Source: Tubulanus polymorphus
Lineage: Eukaryota > Animalia > Nemertea
Assembly: GCF_964204645.1 (NCBI RefSeq)
Contig: NC_134035.1
Span: 4,712,001-4,776,000, forward strand
Length of the DNA: 64,000 nt
Reading direction: 5' to 3'
Part shown: in pieces, positions 1-10,960 of the stretch
Layout of the letters: every line of letters starts with the position of its first letter
How positions within the stretch are numbered: position 1 is the stretch's first letter
The notes under the pieces: generated by a model
The model's database searches: none
Seen by the model: only the letters and a program-made list of their open reading frames with translations
Told to the model about the DNA's origin: nothing
Program-made: the position numbers and the translations under genes

Positions 1-1427
1 CTACTTTCCGACGTTAAATACCAGCTGAGAACCCGGCTGAGAACGGCGTCCTGTAGGTTGGTCATTTAGGACGCCCAATTAAGCCCGTAGCTCGCGACGC
101 CTGCCAGACGGACGAGGCCCAATTAAACCCCCTATAGTTCGTCGCATAATTAAACCCGGGCCGCCTGAATTCGGGCCCAATTAAAATATCCGCAGTTCGC
201 GCTCTCCTAACGAGGAACTAGTAATTTAGAGGTCGCAGGCGTCGGCGATAATCTGAGAAAATGTTCATCTGCGATCCTACACAAAGAAGAATACGCGGAG
301 AGAATGAAACGCAGGTAGAGAATAGAACACGACGGGAAGTCGAATCATCGACGGGGACGAACAATAGACAGCAGCGAATTTAATGAATCTGAGGAATATG
401 GGGTACACGACGCCACGCGTGCGCGCCTGCGCGCCTGCACACGGGTACACGCTTATATACCAGCTGATGTTTAATACATTGAAACGAGGTCAAAACGTCC
501 CCCCTCCCTCCTAAATAAAACGCACTTACTATAAACTGAAGGTGGGTTAACGTTACTGAACGAGATGAAACGACGATCCGGGTTTCGGTGTTCGATTTCG
601 AATTGAAAAAGCCGTTATATTACTTGATCCGGGTTAAACTAGTTCAACAATGAATACAAGCACAACTCATCGGGCTATACGGTGTCGTGTGTGCGTGTGC
701 ACGCTCCTAACTAATTCAGAATTTAAGCATGAAAACGTTTTTTGTGTTGCATCTGCCATTCGAGGGGGTCGTACGGATCAGGGAACCCAGAATACCGCTA
801 TATTTATTTCGCCCTTGATCAAAATCTCCTCGATTAAATTGCCATTCGTCACCAGCAAGGACAACTAGACACCGTAAATTCCCGACTTTTCCCTGATTTT
901 CATGAAAAGAGTCAGAATTCCCTTATTCCCGCTGATCTACAAAAACCCTGGCTAGTGTGACAACCTCAGTCTATGGAACTCACCCTTTGTAGATCAAAAG
1001 CAAGTTTACTAAGATTCGAAGAGTGGCTGGGGAATCGCTAGTGGTCGTCGGACATGAATCATGAATCACCGGCGTCGTAGATTCTCCTATCATCGAATCG
1101 TACGGTGATTCTCTCTCAAGCGCGGTTAGTGGTAGCTGATAGAATTAAGGAGTAAGTGTGTTACGAGCTACTGTTTGCATGATTAATATCATTTCATATG
1201 ACATCATCGAACGCGATTTAACGAACGACGCGACTCAATTCGATCAACCGCGGCGGTCTCGGTCGCATTCGACGAGGCCGACTGTTCGACGTCCTTGCGA
1301 CGTCGTTCGGAGTCCTTGCAAAACATTTCTGCCGGTCATGATTTGGGCAAAAATTCATGCCTAGCAAAGCTAGATTTGGCCTTTCTTTGGGGTAAGGCGG
1401 TTTTAGGTCTCGTAGATGAAAATCGCC

Positions 1428-1505
1428 GGGGCCCAGTTCCACAATTATGTGAGTTAAGATTTGACTCAAGAGTTAACTCTAACTCACGACTGCGGAACTG
1501 GATCC
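1428..1505. mobile_element. Short palindromic MITE family C (related copy ~32329-32427)
   Basis: GGGCCCAGTTCCACA..GTGAGTTA / TAACTCAC..TGCGGAACTGGATCC inverted termini. Confidence 0.55.
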
Positions 1506-1608
1506 AGGTTTCCATCTCGCGTGGGCCTGGAAAATCTCAAGATACGCCGCGTCCCGTCCATACACCGATCAAGCATCAGTTAATCGCTAGACACAGATTA
1601 TCCCTGGC

Positions 1609-1610
<2 letters not shown>

Positions 1611-1676
<66 letters not shown>
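1611..1676. repeat. (TA)n microsatellite
   Basis: Perfect TA run. Other microsatellites: (TA)n 6679-6733, (CAG)n 5829-5867, (CT)n ~8969-8993, (ACTGA)n 15243-15298. Confidence 0.95.
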
Positions 1677-1679
<3 letters not shown>

Positions 1680-2846
1680 CATACATAATGCAGCACAACG
1701 AGTAAATTAATGTCATCTCATTGAAAGCCGCATCAAATCAAATCTACGCGATTCTGTGACCGACGCCGGCGCGCGCTAGTATTCACCAGGCCGCACGAAC
1801 CTAATTAAACCCGTAACATTCAAATTGCTATACTGAAGATCTAATAACGTTTTGAGACCGATGGACGTCCGCGTTGCGCGTTGATCACCGCGCACAGTTG
1901 TATACGAGCTCTACGATAGAATGTCATCGGTTCAACGCAGAGATTCCGATGATGACTCAAAACGCCGTATTGAAACGTATACGTCGAGCGAAATGTTTTT
2001 AAGTAGAAAACAGAAAATATGCACGAAAAATTGGACTTATACAACGAAACCTAGTAGAAATAATAAATTCAGTTCATTTACTATATATATACCATGGGGT
2101 GGGTTCAATACAACTCAAACATCACTGAAGGCCTAAAGCTAAAGAAATTGAATGCACAAAAATATGCAATTTGAACTGGACTTTCAAAATTTGTGAATAA
2201 TTCCCCATGTTACCTAGAATACGATACCACGAACCAGCTTACTTCTTCAGCCCTACCGAGGGGAAAATTTGATCGGTTTATTATGCCTACTTTTGTCGAG
2301 GGGACCAGCAGAGATAAATGAAGCCATTAGTTCATCAGTTCATCGACTATATTACCAAGCTTGTTCAGGTGTTTAATTCAACTATCATTCGGTCGGTCTT
2401 ATTCTAACCCCGGTGAAACAGGCTGTAGTACGGATGATACCGATGATGGAAAAACAGCCTCGGTGAAATAATACCTTACACCAAACGTGATTACGTTTCG
2501 TATATTGAATCGCCGTATTTCAATAAAGAGACGAAGCTATATTTATTCACATGTGTTTCGCGCGCTATTATTCTCGTATTATATTCGAGAATTACGAAGT
2601 TTTCACGTGAAATTCTCGGCGTTGTCTATTCATTGTTTATAAAGCGGAACAATGAATTCATCTCGACCGGAGATGAATAAATACTGAGTTTAGTGGTAGT
2701 AGAACGCCGGTGGCTATAGATGTTGCGGGTGAAGACAAAAGCGATGTTATACGGGAGAAGAGAGAAGAGACAAGGGAACAGAGAATAGAAGAAAATATCA
2801 GCGCCGGCGAAGAGAAATTCTAAAAGCTGGGCATCAGTCACAGAAC

Positions 2847-3250
2847 ATCATGAGATTCTGCCGCGTTCCTCCATCGCAGGGTTATCGCGAGGCTTTCTGC
2901 CACTTTCTTCCCTCACAGGAGCGCCGTGAACCTCTGGCCGCGTTCCTCCCTCTCGTGAGAGATTTAAACCTGATGGCATCGTGAGACTCTGCCAATTTCC
3001 TCCCTCACAGGGTTATCGTGAGGCTTTCCGCCACATTCTTCCCGCACAGGAGCGCCGTGAACCTCTGGCCGCGTTCCTCCCTCTCGTGAGAGATTTAAAC
3101 CTGATGGCATCGTGGGTCTCGGTCATGTTCCATCCTCACCACGGGTTTGAACCTGATGCCATCGTGTGAGCCTCGGCCGCGTTCCTCCCCTGACTGGGAT
3201 TCAAACCCGATGGCAGCGTGAGACCGGCCGAATTCATCCCACTGGGGGTA
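2847..3250. repeat. Tandem repeat: 130-bp higher-order unit built of ~40-45-bp subunits (related reverse copies at ~49095-49215)
   Basis: 2847-2976 duplicated at 2977-3106; subunit CCTCCCTCACAGGGATTTGAACCTGATGGCATCGTG. Confidence 0.75.
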
Positions 3251-4136
3251 TTACGAGTCTCTGCCGCGGTACATTTGCCGCAGTCGCTCAACACGAACGA
3301 ACGCGTGAAACCCGAAATCACGAATTTTTAACGGGGCGAATGACAGTAACGACATCAGTTGAACGGCGCGTTGAAGAGTGGCGCAATGAGTCGTATTACA
3401 ACGATATATTCACAGTTAAACGATACCGATGATCATCGGATACTTAACACTTCATAGAAAACACTAAAAACCATCATCGATTATTCATATATACACTATA
3501 CATATATACACATTATATATAAAATCGTATCGCGTTGAAATTTGTCTCTGAAAACATAAAAACGAATCGTAACACGTGTCCTCGATGCCTCTTTCCCTTT
3601 ATTAATAGCTGCGTCGTAATTAATTATTCAATATCCGTAATTAGCTTAAACCGGGAGCTGATTGTTTCGTTATCTATGGATTCGATTCATAATTTGATAG
3701 CGGGCGATGCTTTACTATCGAAACTGAACGTACGTGGCAAGGGGAGGGGCCCGACGCTCGAAAAATGTACCCATAAATAACAATAGTAGATTTGAAATAT
3801 CGAAAGTATAGCGTTAATCGCGGTTGCGTCGGTTTTGTGTATTCGATAGGTACGCGTCAACTCGGCGGCGGCGTTTATCGATATCGGGGAGAATGTCCTC
3901 AAAACCGATGATATAGATTATCGGGTATAAAATGATCTATACCCAGGAAACTGGAGAGAGCAGGGGGAGAGAGAGTTGGTGCGGCGGTAGTAGTTGGTAG
4001 ACAATGACACTGATTCTATCGATGAAAAGTCCAATATAAACACGTTTGATGTATATAGCGTATAGAGCATGCATTATACTCTATATACATGCCTACCGAC
4101 ATCCTGCTTCATCGAAAAAGATAGAAAATAGGTCCC

Positions 4137-4658
4137 AAATTAATCAGTTATCAAGGGGGGTAAGACCCTAAGAAACAGCTTTTACACTTCTGTTCAAATT
4201 AATCAGTTATCAAGGTGGGTGAGACCCTCAGTAACACCTTACATAGTTGTGTTTAAAATAGTAATCAAGGGGGCAAGACCCAAAGAAACACCTTTCTAAT
4301 TTCTGTTCAAATTAATCAGTTACCATTCTATTCTATTCTATTCTATATTCTGTTAATCAGTAATCAAGGGGGTAAGACCCTCAGTCACATCTTTCATATT
4401 TGCGTTGAAATTAATCAGTAATCAAGGAGGGTAGGACCTTGAATAACTTCTTTCACATTTCCCTTAAAACTAATCAGTTATCAACGGGTATAAGACCCTA
4501 AGTACCTTTCATATTTCTGTTATAATTAATCAGTAATCAAGGAGGATAAGAGACCCTGAATTTCTCTTAAAATGAATCAGTAATCAAGGAGGGTTTAAGA
4601 CCCTCGGTAACATCTTCTGTACAAATTAATCAGCAATCAATGGGGTTACACCCTCAAT
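4137..4658 (+). repeat. Dispersed ~60-bp tandem repeat array (~8 units)
   Basis: Unit AAATTAATCAGTAATCAAGGGGGGTAAGACCCTCAGTAACACCTTTCATATTTCTGTTC; interrupted by (TATTC)n. Confidence 0.85.
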
Positions 4659-6676
4659 TACTCCTTTCGCATTTCTGCGCGACTGCCAGGGAAACTTTTT
4701 ACGAAATCTAAGGTGTATTTGTTTTCAGCCACAAGCAGCAGATCTGCACGATTTGAATGTGTAACCATACATGTTCCCCGGTATATATATACATACACGC
4801 GCGTCAACGAATACCTCATCATCTTAGTGTTCGTAATGCGCCAAATTTGTACAAAACGTATCTGCACAGCTGTGTAAATGTGCGAAGTTTTATGGAAATC
4901 AAGTGAATACAACATTGCACGGCCGCCGCGGCCGTACAAGAAGCGGCAGCTAATATGCGACTGGGCGAAAAACACTTGTGCACCATCATACACTATATAT
5001 ATATACGTACATAGTCAGCAGATATTACGTTTATACGTATATACGAAGTATTGAGATGAATTCGAATTTATGTCAAAAATGCCGACGCAGTAAGATTAAG
5101 AGTCATAGACGCTACCCGTAACCCGCGCGCGTTGCGTAGTCATTGTTCTTAATCAGTTAAATGACAAACCAATTAAAATTACCTCATCGACGCGTAATAC
5201 TCTAAGACTGTTGTCTATACGCGGAGATAGCGTGTAGTTTGCGCTGTAATTTCGTTTTGACAAATTTACAGTCATTAACCGAGATGCGCCGATGATGTAG
5301 CTACTGCTAGTGTAAGCTGCCGGAGCTAGGTAGCTAGCTAGCTGCCTGGCTGGTTAGTACACACACACCCGCATTTAAGGCAATAATGAATCTATCAGTT
5401 GCTACTAATTACAGGTAACAAGAATCTACAAACGTAAATGGCCGACTGTGAATAGCAAACACGGTCGTATTTTTTTTATTACTGTGCACGCGGTAGAGGG
5501 AGGGGGAGAGGGGGAGGAGAGGTAGGAGTGAGGGGATAGAGGCGATAGACGGTTAACGTAGAGGAGAGACGAGATGGAGGATTGGAAAGAGGAACAGGGA
5601 GACGATTGGAGAAAAGGGGGTGAAGGAGAGGGATAACGATGGCGTAGCGAGGTAGGTACTAAAGGGGGGGAATTGATGCGGAGAGGAAGGAACCGGGTAA
5701 AGTACGCGTATTTCATGCACATGCGACCGTTAGACAATGGCGCACTCAGACGACGAGAGAGAGAGAAAGAGAACGGTGGTTATTATTATGGAAATTAAGC
5801 AGTATTTTTCAGCGGTAATCAGTTAAATGCAGCAGCAGCAGCAGCAGCAGCAGCGGCAGCGGCAGCAATATATGAGAGCTGAGCCGAGAGCTGGAGACTC
5901 ATAGCAGCAAAAACCAATATACGGTTTCCCCATAAATACGACAACAGAAGACAAGCGTATAGGCCTATTCAAAAAAGAAGGCTGAATAAACGTCAGCGTG
6001 TTTGGCTTCTTCAAATATTCAAAGTATGAATAAATACTTCTTTTTTTTCGAAATATTCCTATTCAAGGTTTGAATAGGCCTACATAATACTTCATGCTTT
6101 TTTTTTCTCGAAATATTCCCATCATTCGGCCGCATTTACGTAGAGATGCCTAAAACAAGCGTACTTTTACTTCAGAATCGTCATCGATCATATAAATCGG
6201 GACTCAACAATTACAAGACTCATGACAATGCGATGACTTACAAAACGATGAATTAAAACCAAGTCCAACCCTGGATAAACCGTAACAGTAGAATAACCGC
6301 ACTCTGACGCAGAGGTAAAAAGTTTAATTCTATTTATCAAAAATCAAAATCTTAATCTTTTAAATTTCGTATAGTGGATTTTTCACCTCCTCGCCGATCA
6401 GAAGAATAAAATAGTATTAGGTTCGACGGAATTACTCTGATTCAGATTTTCCGACTAAATGTAGTTTTTATGACAACTACTACGCGCGCACACACACACA
6501 CAACACGCGATAATAACAAAAACGCATCAACTACACCGCAGCATCTGCAGCATCGGCGGCTGCGTCGTTAGTACGAAGACACACCCATTCCTTAGGTGAT
6601 GATGGATGAAAATGACCTTTTCAAGAATACTTTATACACACTTTAAACAACATTGTTCTAGCAAAGAGCCGCACAC

Positions 6677-6721
<45 letters not shown>

Positions 6722-9503
6722 AATATATATATACATGAGTCTTCTCTGTTTTCAAAAAAGGCTTTTTTCAAAACCAAACATTCGAAAACAAGACGACAAA
6801 CTTCTGAGAGAGAAAGAGAGAGTCGCGTTAAAAAGTAAAACGATGAAAAACCATAAAATCTCTTTCATTTTCACGACGTTTTTGTCGATCGAACCCCTTT
6901 TTTCCGGCAGTGGCGACGATCTCGATCGGAAATATTGTATTTTCTCAGATTGAAAAAAACCGATATCAACATTATTCAAAATCGTAAAATTTTCAGATCC
7001 CGCTATTCGAGTCAAGCCTTTTAGATCGCATAGAAATGAAGAAAATCGCAGACTTTTCAAATACAGATCCCGAGAAGCAAAATGTGTTTAGTTCAGTATT
7101 TACGATATCCGATTTTTTTCACCGGTATCAATCTATTAATATAATAAACGCAATTCATAATGATCGATAAAACTGAAAACCACTCGAAACCCGATAATAA
7201 ATCATTTCATTCATTAGAAATACGAATGTCGAACTTGTCTCGTTTTCAACGCGTGTTTAATCGACGATTACCATTTCATACGCTACATAGAATGCCCGTA
7301 AATGGATCGGCATTTTCTCTGATTTTTTGCCGTCAAAAAAAAGGCAACACCGGGGTCTTTTCTATCGGATTGTTTTAACACATATCAGTCCAAAAAGTAC
7401 ATGAGGTAAAAAAAAACGATCCAAAAAATGCCCATACCTGATGGAACGCGTTGACTTACTAGTCAGACTAGCTAGATAAGAACTAAACTGTTCCGTGGCA
7501 CGTGAAAGGAACCGAAAACTGCCCGTGACAGGGTACTACCTAAAGCTACCACAAGACCGGGGCAGGGAACCTCAAACTATCGTAAGACTGTGGCAGGGAA
7601 TGTGGATCTGCGTGGATCTACATGCATTTATGAGAACCGTTCGTAAGCGGAGGCTGCCGATTCCTGATTATTCCCCGCGAATAAACGGACAACCGATCCG
7701 CGGGATGCATTTACGAGACCAGTCGGCCACCACCGCGACGGACGCGGATTGTAATTTCATTAACTCTCGTTCGTCTAACTACATATGACAGGCTATAATC
7801 ATAGAGCCGTACACCAAACTACATAATCACGAGCTCTTAATAATACCTAACATCGCTCATTCACTCGACAATCCGGTCAATCTTACAAACGCTAAACGTA
7901 TTCTTCTAATTTTCGTAAAAAATCGGATGAAATAATCGCGACGTTCCTTAATTTGTTCATCATCGTTATTGACAAAAACGTTTCCACAAGCAGCGGTATA
8001 GCGAGGTAGTTAGATTTTATGGTCTGACTTATATAGAAACTTCATCTTCGATACAATAATCATTGGACACCCCCTCGAAATGATAACACAATTCTCAGAC
8101 ATGCTCAATTCGAACTAGACCAGGCTAGTGAATATAGTCAGTATAGGTAGACCTATTATCTTAAACTTAGTCCTCGCCGTCGAAACGACTGATAAGAAAA
8201 AACCGTACTAGTTTTTATGACACGACGAGCGACGAAACCTAAAAACGAATACAACCAACTAAGCGCTTTAAAACATTGATCCCTGAATTTTTCTGAATCA
8301 AATTTAAGAAATCGAACGCAAAGCATTTTTGTGAGGGAAATGTGACAGTTTTCCGATTATTTAAGTCAGCGACCCGGTCTTAATCAATGACAGGAATGGT
8401 TGAATTGTCGAAAAAATAATCTCAGATACCGAAAGTCAATAAAGAGTAAACATTTTATGAAATTTTTCTGAAAAATGAGCATTATTTTCTAATAAGGGGG
8501 CCTCACTAAATTCTTTCAAAAACCAAGCAATTCTAAGCGAGATTTAAAGGATTTTTTTCTCCTTCAATTATTTCAAAATAAGCTTCGATGCTCGCGGATA
8601 TTCCGCTACCCGCGGATATTCCACTTTCTGAATTTATTTACAGCGTAACAACCGAACAAAAAAACAACAACGAACTTTTGCGACAACCGCAAATGATGAA
8701 AGCTTGATTGAATTCATGCGCTGCAGCGCTGAAAAGAATAAATTCGTTCGTCTGGGTATCTTTTTTTGGCGGGGTTTTTTTACGGAAAGGTGACACGCGT
8801 TGGTAGCGGTATATAGGAACTGCCAAAAGGCGAGCCAGCAGCAGCGCGATATACGAATAGAACTATTAGTTAGGCGGCAAAGTAGATTGACGGTTCATGA
8901 TCAACACATTATGTCAGTATTTGATTGACTGAGTTATGGATCTCCGAGGGACCATTATAGTATTGATCCCTCTCTCTCTCTCTCTCTTTCTCTCATACGG
9001 AAACCACGTGTATTTTGCGATACCGGCAACATCATCATCCGTAACAAGCGTTTCAAAAACAGTCGGTTTCTTACTCGCGATTTAGTCGAGAGGGAACTAT
9101 TTTATGAATTTCGCCAGGGGTGGGGGGCCGACCCCTGTATAATGACCTGATAATAAAAGCACCGAGCTCGTGCTGAAATTTTGGATTACGTCACGGAAAA
9201 ACCTCACCAAAACTTACAGCATTCGCAATGGCAAGGTTCCTGGACGCGATAGAGATTCAAAGATTGAATCTAGCAATAGAACTAACACACCGCCCAACTA
9301 GGTCCAGCGGGACAAATCTGCCCAAACTGAGTCCGGGATGTGGGGCTTTTTCACAACACCAGACCCACCCGCGATGAAAGTAGATAACCATAAAATGCGG
9401 ACGAACGGAGTGCGCGCCTCGTATTCGCGGACTCCGGGCGCGGGTACATTAAGATAAGGACACACATACACCTAGAAAAACGTGATCAGTAAAATGAGCT
9501 TAC

Positions 9504-10650
9504 CTGCTAAACGAAGAGCTGACATGCGCTGGAATTCGGGCTCTTGTAGCCACTTCCACATTCTACGGAATGTCTCGCGGCCCGATTTCAATTTGCTCCA
9601 CGGTTTCGGATTGCGCAGTAGATCACTTAACGTGCCCTGACTGCGGCACAGGACGCGCTGCGCGAACACCGCTTGCGGAATGCTATACCGTTTAAGCTCG
9701 CTGCTTATTTTCTGCGCCAACTCTTTCGTGTTTATCTCTTCGATTTCGTGTTTGGAGCCGCCCGCGCCGCCGGTCGGGTCGTTCGCCGACGTCGGCCGTT
9801 CGCGCAGTCCGCTCGAGCTCGGCGACGGAGAGCTAAGTCCGTTTAGCGTTTGGTGCATCATGTGATTCGGCGAGCCGAGCCGCGAGCCGGGGCCGCCTAA
9901 ACCGCGCGAGTACGCGTCGTACGTATTTGGACTGAGGTTCACCATCGGTTTGTGTTCGGGTTTCGGCGAGTGTATTCCGTTTTGACTGTAAGCCGGGTAC
10001 GAACCTAGACTTTGTTGTGCATAACCGTTACTGGACATCATCGACATGGCGGGCGCGGCGCCCGCGAGCGAATGCCCCATATTCATATTCATACCCATAC
10101 CGCTGATCTTATCGTACCTGTAAGCCGCGGCGTTCATGTCCATGACGTTTCCGACGTGTCCTAAAGTGTTATTTTGCATCAGAGTGAAGCCGCCGCTCAC
10201 GCTCGGGCTCGGGCCGTGGCTGAACTTATCCGAAACGGTCGAAATCGGCGGCAGAGGCTGCAACGGGGTCAACGTCGCGTAACTATGGTTCGTCGCGTTA
10301 TACCCGGGGCTCATCCTACCGTTAAGCGTTTGGTACGTCGGCTCCGGTACGATTTGGTGCGCGCGAAAATCGCTGGCGTCGATCATATTCGCCACGGCGC
10401 TTACTTCGACAGTAGCGGCGGGGACAACGGTCGTCGATGTAGTTCCAGATCTCGGAGATGAAAGATCGTGTTGTTGTTCGTGTTGTTGTTGTTGGTTGAT
10501 GATATCGGATGCTGCTGCTACTGCTGCTGTAGAGGGACTGCTGCTCCCTGCTGACGAATCGGTCGTGTCACCTCCTACACCGCTACCAGTACTACTGATG
10601 ATGACGATTTGTTGATCGTTGTGAAGCTCTCCCATATTTTCCATCGTCAT
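9504..10650 (-). CDS. ONECUT: One cut domain transcription factor (HNF-6/ONECUT), first coding exon (N-terminus, TP box, CUT domain)
   Basis: ORF contains TP box YATLTPLQPLPPISTVSDKF, VSGGFTLM and a full CUT domain EEINTKELAQKISSELKRYSIPQAVFAQRVLCRSQGTLSDLLRNPKPWSKLKSGRETFRRMWKWLQEPEFQRMSALRLA. Phase-1 donor G|GTAAG follows 9504. No homeobox exon recognised in 1-9503, so the intron probably exceeds 9.5 kb. Confidence 0.96.
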
Positions 10651-10699
10651 ATTCTATAAACTAACGATCAAACGGCGCGTACACGGTTCCACTGATGAT

Positions 10700-10960
10700 T
10701 ATTCGAACGTCTAGTTTGCCGCGGATTGGTTGGCTGCGCCCGAAATGGGGTGTTCTAGCGCTGTTCCGTCGCTGAAATCGATCACGATGAAGACAATGTA
10801 CACAACGCGACGAAATCCTCCATGTTTGACCTGACAGGCGCATGCGCACAAGCGTCTAGAGCGGCGTCGCGACGCGATCGCGCGTGCGCCGAACTCTAGA
10901 GCCATGCAACGAGCCTCCACCGTGAGACGTCAATCATTTGGCATTTTATGCAAATTAGGC
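10700..10960 (-). promoter_or_regulatory. Probable ONECUT proximal promoter / 5' UTR
   Basis: CpG-rich stretch just upstream of the ATG with CCAAT boxes (minus strand ~10724-10732), a CRE-like GACGTCA (~10926) and an octamer ATGCAAAT (~10948). TSS not determined. Confidence 0.4.

Noticed and set aside
4137-4658. Regularly spaced repeats resembling a CRISPR array (also 57252-57519)
   Set aside because: The between-repeat segments are themselves homologous rather than unique spacers; eukaryotic context with no cas genes.
5426-6014. Pro/Ser-rich and poly-Cys ORFs
   Set aside because: They arise from a purine-rich tract and a (CAG)n microsatellite in the presumed ONECUT intron.
9472-9503. ORF read-through giving a CUT-only ONECUT ending GKLILLITFF
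   Set aside because: A strong GTAAG donor sits at the conserved ONECUT intron position; the extension is intronic.
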